Source: Macrostomum lignano (Eukaryota). Taken from it: 64,000 nt of DNA. The DNA lies in NCBI GenBank assembly GCA_002269645.1, contig NIVC01001703.1:55613-119612 (forward strand), given 5' to 3'. Each line of letters starts with the position of its first letter. Within the stretch, counting starts at the first letter, position 1. The translations under genes and the position numbers were made by a program. Shown one piece after another: positions 1 to 12,600 of the stretch. A model generated the notes under the pieces. That model did no database searches. It saw nothing but the letters and a program-made list of their open reading frames with translations, and was not told the origin of the DNA.

Positions 1-1043
1 CTGGGTGAGATTTTGAGGATATGGATTGAGACTTCTGGGTGAGATTCTGAGGATATGGATTGAGACTTCTGGGTGAGATTTTGAGGATATGGATTGAGAC
101 TTCTGGGTGAGATTCTGAGGATATGGATTGAGACTTCTGGATGAGATTCTGAGGATATGGATTGAGACTTCTGGGTGAGATTCTGAGGATATGGATTGAG
201 ACTTCTGGGTGAGATTCTGAGGATATGGATTGAGACTTCTGGGTGAGATTCTGAGGATATGGATTGAGACTTCTGGGTGGATTTTGAGGATATGGATTGA
301 GACTTCTGGGTGAGATTCTGAGGATATGGATTGAGACTTCTGGGTGAGATTCTGAGGATATGGATTGAGACTTCTGGGTGAGATTTTGAGGATATGGATT
401 GAGACTTCTGGGTGAGATTCTGAGGATATGGATTGAGACTTCTGGGTGAGATTCTGAGGATATGGATTGAGACTTCTGGGTGAGATTCTGAGGATATGGA
501 TTGAGACTTCTGGGTGAGATTTTGAGGATATGGATTGAGACTTCTGGGTGAGATTTTGAGGATATGCATTGAGACTTCTGGGTGAGATTCTGAGGATATG
601 GATTGAGACTTCTGGGTGAGATTCTGAGGATATGGATTGAGACTTCTGGGTGAGATTCTGAGGATATGGATTGAGACTTCTGGGTGGGATTTTGAGGATA
701 TGGATTGAGACTTCTGGGTGAGATTTTGAGGATATGGATTGAGACTTCTGGGTGAGATTTTGAGGATATGGATTGAGACTTCTGGGTGAGATGTGAGGAT
801 ATGGATTGAAACTTCTGGGTGAGATTTTGAGGATATGGATTGAGACTTCTGGGTGAGATTCTGAGGATATGGATTGAGACTTCTGGGTGAGATTTTCAGG
901 ATATGGATTGAGACTTCTGGGTGAGATTTGAGGATATATGGATTGAGATTTCTGGATGAGATTCTGAGGATATATGGATTGAGACTTCTGGGTGAGATTC
1001 TGAGGATATGGATTGAGACTTCTGGGTGAGATTTTCAGGATAT
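1..1043. repeat. 34-bp minisatellite (GAGACTTCTGGGTGAGATTCTGAGGATATGGATT)n, ~30 copies, in a clathrin intron; runs off the window start
   Basis: CTGGGT recurs at positions 1 and 35 and onward with period 34; few variants (TTCTG/TTTTG). Confidence 0.97.
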
Positions 1044-1235
1044 AGATAGAAAAGAGAAGCGAGCTGAGCAAAGACACAAATTTGAGCAGGCCGCATTGCT
1101 ATTGTAAAGTTTCAAAGGATTGAGAGGACCGAGGACCGGGTAGAGAGGCTTCGCAGGCCGGTTTTTGCGGACCCCTGCTCTAAGGAGTGAAAAACTTCAA
1201 GCTTGCGTCACCAAATCTCTGCGCAAATCTTGCAG

Positions 1236-1736
1236 GTGAACCCTAGCCGTCTTCCAGTGGTTGTTGGCGGCCTATTGGACGTCGACTGCTCCGAAGACGT
1301 GATCAAGCAGCTCATCCAGGTGGTCCGTGGCCAGTTCTCAACTGACGAACTCGTTGCGGAAGTTGAGAAGCGGAACCGGCTCAAACTGCTGCTACCCTGG
1401 CTTGAGAATCGGGTGCACGAGGGCTCTGAGGAGCCGGCCACGCACAATGCCCTGGCCAAGATCTACATCGATGCTAATAACAACCCGGAGCGGTTCCTCA
1501 GGGAGAACCGGTTCTACGATTCCCGGGTGATCGGCAAGTACACGGAGAAGCGCGACCCTCACCTGTCCTGCCTTGCCTATGAGCGGGGCCAGTGCGACGA
1601 AGACCTCATCCGGGTGTGCAACGAGAACTCGCTGTTCAAGTCCGAGGCCAGGTACCTAGTTAAACGGAAGGACGAGACTCTGTGGGCTCAGGTGCTGCAG
1701 GAGGACAATCCTTACAGGCGACAGCTGATTGATCAG
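1236..1736 (+). CDS. CLTC: Clathrin heavy chain, internal exon ([21 protein letters not shown]...RRQLIDQ), phase 0/0; the gene begins upstream of the window
   Basis: TTGCAG|GTG acceptor at 1235/1236, CAG|GTGAGC donor at 1736/1737, 167 codons. The peptide closely matches the metazoan clathrin heavy chain leg repeats as I know them. Confidence 0.97.
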
Positions 1737-1754
1737 GTGAGCGGTTTCGAAATC

Positions 1755-2215
1755 ACATTTTCAAGGATTTTGTAGATAATCTGTAATCCGTTGAGTGAGA
1801 TTTTAAAGAGATTTGTAATCTGTGTGGGTGAGATTCTGAGATTTGTAACCTGTCTGGGTGAGATTTTGAAGAGATGTGTAATCTGTTAGGTGAGATTATC
1901 AAGAGATTTTTAATCTGTTGGTAAGATTTTAAAGAGATCTCTAATCTGTTTGAGACTGAAGAGATATGTAATCTGTTAGGTGAGATTTTGAAGAGATATG
2001 TAATCAATTAGATGAGATTTTGAAGAGATGTGTAATCAGCTGGGTGAGATTTTGAAGAGATGTGTAATCAGTTGGATGAGATTTTGAAGAGATATGTAAT
2101 CTGTTAGGTGAGATTTTGAAGAGATGTGTAATCAGTTCGGTGAGATTTTGAAGAGACTTCTAATCTGTTTGAGATTGTAAAGATATCTGTAATCTGTCTG
2201 AAATTTTGAAGAAAT
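1755..2215. repeat. Degenerate ~32-bp minisatellite (GAGATTTTGAAGAGATATGTAATCTGTTAGGT-like) in a clathrin intron
   Basis: GAGATTTTGAAGAGAT..GTAATC recurs at ~32-bp spacing. Confidence 0.85.
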
Positions 2216-2272
2216 CTAGAAGGTGAGGTTAACCATGCTGCTCAAATCCCAATCATTGCTCACAACCCGCAG

Positions 2273-2602
2273 GTGGTGCAGACCGCCCTGTCGGAGACCA
2301 ACGACCCCGAGGAGATTTCCGTCGCCGTCAAATCCTTCATGGCCGCGGACCTTCCCAACGAGCTCATTGAACTGCTGGAGAAGATCGTGCTGGACAACAC
2401 CGTGTTCTCGGACCATCGCAATCTGCAGAATCTGCTCATACTCACCGCCATCAAGGCCGACACGACCCGGGTCATGGAGTACATCACCAAGCTGGAGAAT
2501 TTTGACGCTCCAGAGATTGCTCAGATTGCCATCAGCAACCAGCTGTTCGAGGAGGCGTTCGCCGTGTTTAAGAAGTTCAGCGTCAACGAGAGCGCCATTA
2601 AG
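2273..2602 (+). CDS. CLTC: Clathrin heavy chain exon ([40 protein letters not shown]...ESAIK)
   Basis: CCGCAG|GTG acceptor, AAG|GTGAGC donor, 110 codons, phase 0/0. Confidence 0.97.
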
Positions 2603-2619
2603 GTGAGCGCTACGGATAT

Positions 2620-3790
2620 GAGACTTTAATCCCTGGATTGGGTTCTTAAATCTCCCAAATCCCTGGACTGGGATCTTAAATCTCCCAAATCTCTAGATTG
2701 GAATTTTAATCTATCAAATCCCTAGATTGGGATCTAAAGCCTCCCAAATCCCTAGATTGGGGTCTTGAATCTCCCAAATCCCTAGATTAGGATCTTGAAT
2801 CTCCTAAATCCCTAGATTGGGATCTTAAATCTCCCAAATCCCAAGATTAGAATCTTAAAAATCTCCCAAATCCCTAGATTGGAATCTTAAATCTCTCAAA
2901 TCCCAAGATTAGAATATTGAATCTCCCAAATCTCTAGATTGGAAACTTAAATCTCCCAAATCCCTAGAATGGAATCTTAAGTCTCCCAAATCCCTAGATT
3001 GGAATCTTAAATCTCTCAAATCCCAAGATTAGAATATTGAATCTCCCAAATCTCTAGATTGGAAACTTAAATCTCCCAAATCCCTAGAATGGAATCTTAA
3101 GTCTCCCAAATCCCTAGGATGGAATCCTAAATCTCCGAAATCCCTAGAATGGAATCCTAAATCTCCCAAATCTCTTGATTGGAATCTTAAATCTCCCAAA
3201 TCCCTAGATCGGGATCTAAAGTCTCCCAAATCCTTAGATCAGGATCTTGAATCTCCTAAATCCCTAGATTGGGATCTTAAATCTCCCAAATCCCAAGATT
3301 AGAATCTTAAATCCCCCAAATCTCTAGATTGGAATCTTAAATCTTCCAAATCCCTAGATCGGGATCTAAAGTCTCCCAAATCCCTAGATCAGGATCTAAA
3401 GTCTCCCAAATCCCTAGATCGGGATCTTAAATCTCCCAAATCCCTAGAATGGAATCTAAAATCTCCGAAATCCCTAGAATGGAATCTTAAATCTCCCAAA
3501 TCTCTAGATTTGAATCTTAAATCTCCCAAATCCCTAGATCGGGATCTTAAATCTCCCAAATCCCTAGAATGGAATCTTAAATCTCCCAAATCTCTAGATT
3601 GGAATCTTAAATCTCCCAAATCCCTAGATCGGGATCTTAAATCTCCCAAATCTCTAGATTGGAATCTTAAATCTCCCAAATCCCTAGATCGGGATCTTAA
3701 ATCTCCCAAATCTCTAGATTGGAATCCTAAATTTCCCAAATCCCTAGAATGGAATCTTAAATCTCTCAAATCCCTAGATATTAATCCTTA
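2620..3790. repeat. 30-bp minisatellite (AAATCTCCCAAATCCCTAGATTGGAATCTT)n, ~39 copies, in a clathrin intron
   Basis: Period-30 tandem array. It generates the spurious ORFs LKSPKSLDWN and RDLGDLRF. Confidence 0.96.
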
Positions 3791-3922
3791 ATCTTCTTTA
3801 AATCCTTATTGAAGGCTTACTCTCAAATCCTTTCATATGGATTCTAAATCTCTCGGCAGCCTCCATTGAGATGAATATTCCAATGCGTTCCGTCACTAAT
3901 CCCTAATTATCCCCAACCCCAG

Positions 3923-4438
3923 GTGCTCATCGAAAACATCCGCAATCTTGATCGCGCCTACGAATTTGCCGAGAAGTGCAACGAGCCGGCAGTCTGGTCC
4001 CAGCTGGCCAGCGCCCAGCTTGAAGAAGGCTTCGTCAAAGAAGCAATCGACAGCTTCATCAAGGCCAACGATCCCAGCTGCTACGTGGATGTTGTTCGGG
4101 TCGCTAGCGACTCGGGGCATTGGGAGGATTTGGTGAAATTCCTGCTCATGGCTAGGAAAAAAGCCAAGGAGTCCTTCATCGAGACCGAGCTGGTGTTCGC
4201 CTACGCCAAGACCGGCCGGCTCGCGGATATGGAGGAGTTCATCAACTCGCCCAATCACGCCAAAATTGCCGAAGTGGCCGACCGCTGCTTCGACCAGGAG
4301 ATGTACGAGGCCGCCAAGATTCTGTATAGCAACGTGTCTAACTATGCCCGGCTGGCCATCACCCAGGTTAAACTGGGCGAGTTCCAGAACGCTGTTGAGT
4401 CTGCTAGGAAGGCCAATTCTACTAAGACTTGGAAGGAG
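3923..4438 (+). CDS. CLTC: Clathrin heavy chain exon ([29 protein letters not shown]...ANSTKTWKE)
   Basis: CCCCAG|GTG acceptor, GAG|GTGAGT donor, 172 codons, phase 0/0. Confidence 0.97.
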
Positions 4439-5335
4439 GTGAGTGTTCCGCCCCTTAGTAGCTGAGGATTCCGCCCCCTGAGCAGCTGAGTATTCCGCCC
4501 CTTAGTAGCTGAGTATTCCGCCCCTTAGTAGCTGAGTGTTCCGCCTCTTAGTAGCTGAGTAATCCGCCCCCTTAGTAGCTGAGTATTCCGCCCCCTAGTA
4601 GCTGAGTATTCCGCCCCCTTAGTAGCTGAGTATTCCGCCCCCTTAGTAGCTGAGTATTCCGCCCCTTAGCAGCTGAGTATTCCGCCCCTTAGTAGCTGAG
4701 TATTCCGCCCCCTTAGTAGCTGAGTGTTCCGCCCCCTTAGTAGCTGAGGATTCCGCCCCCTGAGCAGCTGAGTATTCCGCCCCTTAGTAGCTGAGTATTC
4801 CGCCCCTTAGTAGCTGAGTGTTCCGCCTCTTAGTAGCTGAGTAATCCGCCCCCTTAGTAGCTGAGTATTCCGCCCCCTAGTAGCTGAGTATTCCGCCCCT
4901 TAGCAGCTGAGTATTCCGCCCCTTAGTAGCTGAGTATTCCGCCCCCTTAGTAGCTGAGTGTTCCGCCCCCTTAGTAGCTGAGTATTCCGCCCCTTAGTAG
5001 CTGAGTATTCCGCCCCTTAGCAGCTGAGTATTCCGCCCCTTAGTAGCTGAGTATTCCGCCCCTTAGTAGCTGAGTATTCCGCCTCTTAGTTGCTGAGTAA
5101 TCCGCCCCCTTAGTAGCTGAGTATTCCGCCCCCTTAGTAGCTTAGTATTCCGCCCCCTTAGTAGCTGAGTATTCCGCCCCTTAGTAGCTGAGTATTCCGC
5201 CCCCTTAGTAGCTGAGGATTCCGCCCCCTTAGTAGCTGAGTATTCCGCCCCTTAGTAGCTGAGTATTCCGCCCCCTTAGTAGCTGAGGATTCCGCCCCCT
5301 TAGTAGCTGAGTATTCCGCCCCCTAGTTAGTTTCT
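4439..5335. repeat. 23-24-bp minisatellite (CTGAGTATTCCGCCCC[C]TTAGTAG)n, ~38 copies, beginning at the splice donor
   Basis: Tandem array. The first unit is GTGAGTGTTCCGCCCCTTAGTAG and overlaps the donor GT at 4439. Confidence 0.96.
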
Positions 5336-5475
5336 AAGTATTCCGCCGGCATATTTGTTGAGTATTCCGTCCTGGCGACTGCATTTCCTATTAATTGATT
5401 TTCCGCCCCCTTATCCTCTGAGTATGAAGAATCTCATTGCAAAGAAACTGTCAACCAATGCCAACCCCTACACAG

Positions 5476-5982
5476 GTGTGCTTCTCCTGCCTGGAGAGCG
5501 AAGAGTACCGCCTGGCCCAGATCTGCGGCCTGAACATCATCATCCACGCGGATGAGCTGGAGGAGCTGATCAACTTCTACCAGACTCGGGGCCTGTTCAA
5601 TGAGCTCATCTCACTGTTCGAGGCCGGGCTGGGGCTCGACCGCGCCCACATGGGACTGTTCACGGAGCTGGCCATTCTGTACAGCAAGTACCGCACAGCC
5701 AAGCTCAAGGAGCACCTGGAGCTGTTCTGGTCCCGCATCAATATTCCCAAGGTGCTGCGAGCGGCCGAGCAGGCCCACCTGTGGGCTGAACTGGTCTTTT
5801 TGTACGACAAATACGAGGAGTTCGACAATGCCATACTCACTATGATGAAGCACCCGACTGAGGCTTGGCGCGAGTCCTTCTTTAAAGAGATGATCTCCAA
5901 GTGCGCCAATATTGAGATCTATTATAAGGCTATTAAATTCTATTTGGATTTCAAGCCTCTGCTGCTCAATGATTTGCTGCAG
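5476..5982 (+). CDS. CLTC: Clathrin heavy chain exon ([36 protein letters not shown]...LLLNDLLQ)
   Basis: ACACAG|GTG acceptor, CAG|GTGAGA donor, 169 codons, phase 0/0. Confidence 0.97.
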
Positions 5983-6024
5983 GTGAGATAATGCTTCATG
6001 TAGCCTTTTGTATCTGCTGTATGT

Positions 6025-6755
6025 TCATATTAGTCATGTATGTACACATTAGTCATGTATGTACACATTAGTCATGTATGTACACATTAGTAATTTATGT
6101 ACACATTAGTCATGTATATACACATTGGTCATGTATGTACACATTGGTCATGTATGTACACATTAGTCATGTATGTACACATTAGTCATGTATGTACACA
6201 TTAGTAATGTCATGTACGTACACATTAGTCATGTATGTACACATTAGTCATATATGTACACATTAGTCATGTCATGTACGTATTAGTCATATGTACACAT
6301 TAGTCATGTATGTACACATTAGTCATGTCATGTACGTATTAGTCATATGTACACATTAGTCATGTATGTACACATTATTCATGTCATGTATGTACACATT
6401 AGTCATGTCATGTACGTATTAATCATATGTACACATTAGTCATGTATGTACACACTAGTCATGTCATGTATGTACACATTAGTCATGTCATGTATGTACA
6501 CATTAGTCATGTATGTACACATTAGTCATGTCATGTATGTACAAATTAGTAATGTATGTACACATTAGTCATGTATGTACACATTAGTCATGTATGTACA
6601 CATTAGTCATGTACGTACACATTAGTCATGTCATGTATGTACACATTAGTCATGTCATGTATGTACACATTAGTCATGTATGTACACATTAGTCATGTAT
6701 GTACACATTAGTCATGTATATACACATTGGTCATGTACGTACACATTAGTCATGC
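6025..6755. repeat. 19-bp minisatellite (CATTAGTCATGTATGTACA)n with 24-bp variants, in a clathrin intron
   Basis: Tandem array visible directly; some units carry an extra GTCAT. Confidence 0.95.
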
Positions 6756-6784
6756 AGCTTCAAATCAATTTTGTTCACCCCCAG

Positions 6785-7424
6785 GTGCTGATCCCCCGCC
6801 TGGACCACACCCGAGCTGTGAGCTTCTTCGCCAAGGAGGGCAAGGTGGCCATGGTGAAGCCCTACCTCAAAGCGGTGCAGCAGAACAACAACAAGCACAT
6901 CAACGAAGCTCTGAACAGTCTGTACATCGAAGAGGAAGACTACCAGAGCCTACGCGCCAGCATCGAGGCATTCAACAATTTCGACAACATCGGGCTGGCG
7001 CAGAAGTGCGAGAAGCACGAACTGCTGGAGTTCCGTCGGATTGCGGCGCTGCTGTACAAGGGCAACAACCGGTTCAGTCAGAGCATCGAGCTGTGCAAGC
7101 GCGACCGGCTGTACAAGGACGCCATGCAGTTCGCTGGCGAGTCGCGGGACTCCGAACTGGCCGCCGCCCTGCTGCAGTGGTTCCTGGATGAGAAGCTCAC
7201 CGAGTGCTTCAGCGCCTGTCTGTACCAGTGCTACGACCTGCTCAAACCGGACAGGGTGATGGAACTGGCCTGGCGGTACAACCTCATGGACTACACGATG
7301 CCCTACATGGTGCAGGTCATGGCCGAGTACCAGGCTCGGCTGGAGCGGCTCGAGCAGGCCGAGGCTGTGCGGGCTGAGAGCGACGAGAAAGCTAATAGCG
7401 ATGGCAACCCCATTGTGATGCAGA
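6785..7424 (+). CDS. CLTC: Clathrin heavy chain exon ([15 protein letters not shown]...[24 protein letters not shown]...PIVMQ), including the trimerization region
   Basis: CCCCAG|GTG acceptor, CAGA|GTGAGT donor (phase 1), 640 nt. Confidence 0.96.
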
Positions 7425-7444
7425 GTGAGTGCTGGCTGGTTTGG

Positions 7445-7645
7445 GGACAGACAGACAGGCAGGCAGACAGATAGACAGACAGGCAGGCGTGCAGACAGAC
7501 AGGCAGACAGACAGACAGACAGACAGACAGAGACAGACAGGCAGACACAGACAGACAGACAGACAGGCAGACAGACAGACAGACAGAGACAGACAGACAG
7601 GCAGACAGACAGACAGACAGACAGAGACAGACAAACAGACAGAGA
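7445..7645. repeat. (GACA)n microsatellite with variants, in the last clathrin intron
   Basis: Direct reading. Confidence 0.95.
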
Positions 7646-7684
7646 CAACAATAAATCCGCAGCAACTCGCCCGCCCACCCTCAG

Positions 7685-7827
7685 CCAACCCCATGCTGAT
7701 GCTGACCAGCGCTCCCCATCACTCGATGATGCCGCAGCAGCCGGGCTACCCGCCGCCGCCGCCGCCTCCCGCCGGCCCTTTCTACGGAGCCGGCAGCGGC
7801 CTGCCGCCGCAGGGGCATCACTTCTGA
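7685..7827 (+). CDS. CLTC: Clathrin heavy chain terminal exon ([25 protein letters not shown]...GHHF*)
   Basis: The CCCTCAG| acceptor at 7684 matches the phase-1 donor at 7424. It encodes an LMLT motif and a Pro/Gly/Tyr-rich tail, as in clathrin C-termini; TGA at 7825-7827. The six exons total 878 aa. Confidence 0.9.
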
Positions 7828-8894
7828 GCCGCCATCGATTATGAAAGTTCACGTTGAAGTCTTTGACTTACCAATCTATTATAGACCTAGATATATAAAC
7901 TTGAATGCAGGCGGTAAACAAACTTTAGTAAAAGGTAAGAAAAGTTTTGTTCAAATCCTGCGTTGCAAAATAAAACAAAAACAACTGCAGCAAAACTGTG
8001 ATTTCACAATTACACTTTACACCCTGTTGTTTTGGTTACCTCCGAGTATGTTTGTTGGCTATTATTGCCAATTATAAGTTAGCTTGTTGGTTCAAAAATA
8101 TATGATATTGTCTTTATTTGTTGTTTTTTTCCTTCAAAAATTTCTTTAAAGCAGTGTTCTGATTTCCGCTAAACACAACTTGCTCTGAGATGTTTCTAGG
8201 TTACTTAGTTAATTATTTATTCAGCTCCTTGTTGTACTTTTATTTTTAGCTATTCCGCTCATTTTGTCGGTTGTTTGAATTTATAGTACTGTCAAGCAAG
8301 TAGGCAAGTGAGCGTGTTTGCTTGTTATATATATTTCTATTTACGAAGAGATGTCGCAGCTGCTCCTAATGAATTGCATTGTTTTTCTAGCTTACACTTT
8401 TTATTTAAATAATAATTAAGTGATTTTTGTTATCTAACAATTAGTGTGTCTTTGTGTGTCAGCACTAGCAAATAAAATCAAAGTCTGTCGTACCGTCGCG
8501 ATTTTGGTTGCTTTTCATCAGCTGGTTAATGTAAACTGGAATCTGTAGTTATAAAGTTCTACCTTTGCTATTGTGTGTTTTATTATTGTAATTCAATTAT
8601 TACTATGATTATTATTCATCTGCTAGTGTCAATTTTGTCATCGAACTGTTTTGTCTTGTGTCTAATTAAAAAATAAAATTGTCAACCGCATATGCATGTC
8701 CGTAACTGCCACTCTTAATTGGTTCATCAGCAGTAGTACAATTTGAACTTTGTCACTCATATTTAATTGCTAAGCATAAAATTCTAAAAGTACTTATTGA
8801 TTTATTCAGTTTGCTTTAAACACTCAGCTAGTAAACTGGCTGCAATTCAAATGCTCTCGCACGGTGTGCACTCACTGATGTGTTCTTAATGTAG

Positions 8895-9105
8895 CCTCTA
8901 GTGTACATTAACACCAACTCCCCATCTATCTCTATCCCTTTTGTACATTGACACCAACCCCATTTATCTCTACCCCTAGTGTACATTAACACCAACCCCA
9001 ATCTATCTTTACCCCTAGTGTACATTGACACCAACCCCATCTATCTCTACCCCTAGTGTACATTGACGCCAACCCCATCTATTCCTATCCCTAATGTACA
9101 TCGAA
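8895..9105. repeat. ~36-bp minisatellite (CTAGTGTACATTGACACCAACCCCATCTATCTCTACCC-like), ~6 copies
   Basis: TAGTGTACATT.ACACCAACCCC recurs in tandem. Confidence 0.85.
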
Positions 9106-9659
9106 CCTAAAGAATTTAACGGGTTTTGCGCTAAGCGACATTTTCAACTATTGTCAAATTACCTTTGTTACCTAGTGAAAACAATTTTGTTTTAGAAGGA
9201 AAGCGAACAACATTTTTTTCTCTCAAAGACACTGTAAACGATTTCTCAGCATAGTTGATTGCTAGCGGTGCACTAATCACCATTTAAGCTGTGCACCCGT
9301 TTGGGTCTTCTGGTATTGTTCTTGTAGTACTTGTCAACTGCAACATTTATTTCGATTAATTCCTTTTTTAAACAGCAGTGTGTTTCTCTCAAATATTTGT
9401 TTGTTTTGCACTTTTAATTGCTTCGATTTATGTAATAATTCAGCTTCACTGCTTCTCCAAAAAATTCGATATTGTCAGTCACTTTAATCAGATGTTTCTC
9501 GTTGTTGGATGCACAGTTTTAAAAATGACAGCAAACACAAATACACTTTGAAGTTGGTTTTTATTGTTCTGAAGTCTCAAAATTTGCAACAGTTAACCTG
9601 CTGTGTGCGAAATGACTTAACATCAAATACTCTCTTCCATCCAATCCGCACGATACTGC

Positions 9660-12600
9660 TTTTGACTGGCACTGTTTGTCACTGTTTGACTGTCACTGTT
9701 TGACTTGCACTGTTTGACTGACACTAATTGACTGGCACTGACTGACTGACACTGACTGACTGACACTAATTGACTGGCACTTTTTGACTGACACAAATTG
9801 ACTGGCACTGACTGACTGACACTGACTGACTGACACTAATTGACTGGCACTTTTTGACTGACACTGACTGACTGACACTGTTTGACTGACACTAATTGAC
9901 TGACACTGTTTGACTGACACTAATTGACTGACACTATTTGACTGACACTATTTGACTGACACTGTTTGACTGACACTAATTGACTGACACTATTTGACTG
10001 ACACTATTTGACTGACACTGTTTGACTGACACTGACTGGTACTGTTTGACTGACACTAATTGACTGACACTATTTAACTGACACTATTTAACTGACACTA
10101 TTTAACTGACACTAATTGACTGACACTATTTAACTGACACTAATTGACTGACACTGTTTGACTGACACGGTTTGACTGACACTAATTGACTGACACTGTT
10201 TGACTGACACTGTTTGACTGGTACTGTTTGACTGACACTAATTGACTGACACTATTTAACTGACACTATTTAACTGACACTAATTGACTGACACTATTTA
10301 ACTGACACTAATTGACTGTCACTGTTTGACAGACACTGACTGGCACTATTTGACTGACACTATTTAACTGACACTATTTAACTGACACTATTTAACTGAC
10401 ACTAATTGACTGACACTAATTGACTGACACTAATTGACTGACACTAATTGACTGACACTATTTGACTGTCACTGTTTGACTGACACTAATTGACTGACAC
10501 TGTTTGACTGACACTGTTTGACTGACACTGTTTGACTGGTACTGTTTGACTGACACTAATTGACTGACACTATTTAACTGACACTATTTAACTGACACTA
10601 ATTGACTGACACTATTTAACTGACACTAATTGACTGTCACTGTTTGACAGACACTGACTGGCACTATTTGACTGACACTATTTAACTGACACTATTTAAC
10701 TGACACTATTTAACTGACACTAATTGACTGACACTAATTGACTGACACTAATTGACTGACACTAATTGACTGACACTATTTGACTGTCACTGTTTGACTG
10801 ACACTAATTGACTGACACTGTTTGACTGACACTGTTTGACTGACACTATTTAACTGACACTAATTGACTGACACTATTTAACTGACACTAATTGACTGAC
10901 ACTATTTAACTGACACTAATTGACTGACACTATTTAACTGACACTAATTGACTGACACTGTTTGACTGACACTATTTAACTGACACTATTTAACTGACAC
11001 TAATTGACTGACACTATTTAACTGACACTAATTGACTGGCACTATTTAACTGACACTAATTGACTGACACTGTTTGACTGACACTATTTAACTGACACTA
11101 ATTGACTGACACTAATTGACTGACACTATTTAACTGACACTAATTGACTGACACTAATTGACTGACACTAATTGACTGACACTGTTTGACTGACACTGTT
11201 TGACTGACACTATTTAACTGACACTATTTAACTGACACTAATTGACTGACACTATTTAACTGACACTAATTGACTGACACTATTTACCTGACACTGTTTG
11301 ACTGACACTATTTAACTGACACTAATTGACTGACACTGTTTGACTGACACTAATTGACTGACACTAATTGACTGACACTATTTAATTGACACTAATTGAC
11401 TGACACTATTTAACTGACACTAATTGACTGACACTGTTTGACTGACACGGTTTGACTGACACTAATTGACTGACACTGTTTGACTGACACTGTTTGACTG
11501 GTACTGTTTGACTGACACTAATTGACTGACACTATTTAACTGACACTATTTAACTGACACTAATTGACTGACACTATTTAACTGACACTAATTGACTGTC
11601 ACTGTTTGACAGACACTGACTGGCACTATTTGACTGACACTATTTAACTGACACTATTTAACTGACACTATTTAACTGACACTAATTGACTGACACTAAT
11701 TGACTGACACTAATTGACTGACACTAATTGACTGACACTATTTGACTGTCACTGTTTGACTGACACTAATTGACTGACACTGTTTGACTGACACTGTTTG
11801 ACTGACACTGTTTGACTGGTACTGTTTGACTGACACTAATTGACTGACACTATTTAACTGACACTATTTAACTGACACTAATTGACTGACACTATTTAAC
11901 TGACACTAATTGACTGTCACTGTTTGACAGACACTGACTGGCACTATTTGACTGACACTATTTAACTGACACTATTTAACTGACACTATTTAACTGACAC
12001 TAATTGACTGACACTAATTGACTGACACTAATTGACTGACACTAATTGACTGACACTATTTGACTGTCACTGTTTGACTGACACTAATTGACTGACACTG
12101 TTTGACTGACACTGTTTGACTGACACTATTTAACTGACACTAATTGACTGACACTATTTAACTGACACTAATTGACTGACACTATTTAACTGACACTAAT
12201 TGACTGACACTATTTAACTGACACTAATTGACTGACACTGTTTGACTGACACTATTTAACTGACACTATTTAACTGACACTAATTGACTGACACTATTTA
12301 ACTGACACTAATTGACTGGCACTATTTAACTGACACTAATTGACTGACACTGTTTGACTGACACTATTTAACTGACACTAATTGACTGACACTAATTGAC
12401 TGACACTATTTAACTGACACTAATTGACTGACACTAATTGACTGACACTAATTGACTGACACTGTTTGACTGACACTGTTTGACTGACACTATTTAACTG
12501 ACACTATTTAACTGACACTAATTGACTGACACTATTTAACTGACACTAATTGACTGACACTATTTACCTGACACTGTTTGACTGACACTATTTAACTGAC

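Noticed and set aside
1208-7852. Antisense and alternate-frame ORFs over clathrin, ankyrin, 2TM and SNase exons (e.g. 3896-4258, 6950-7852)
   Set aside because: They are shadows of GC3-rich coding exons.
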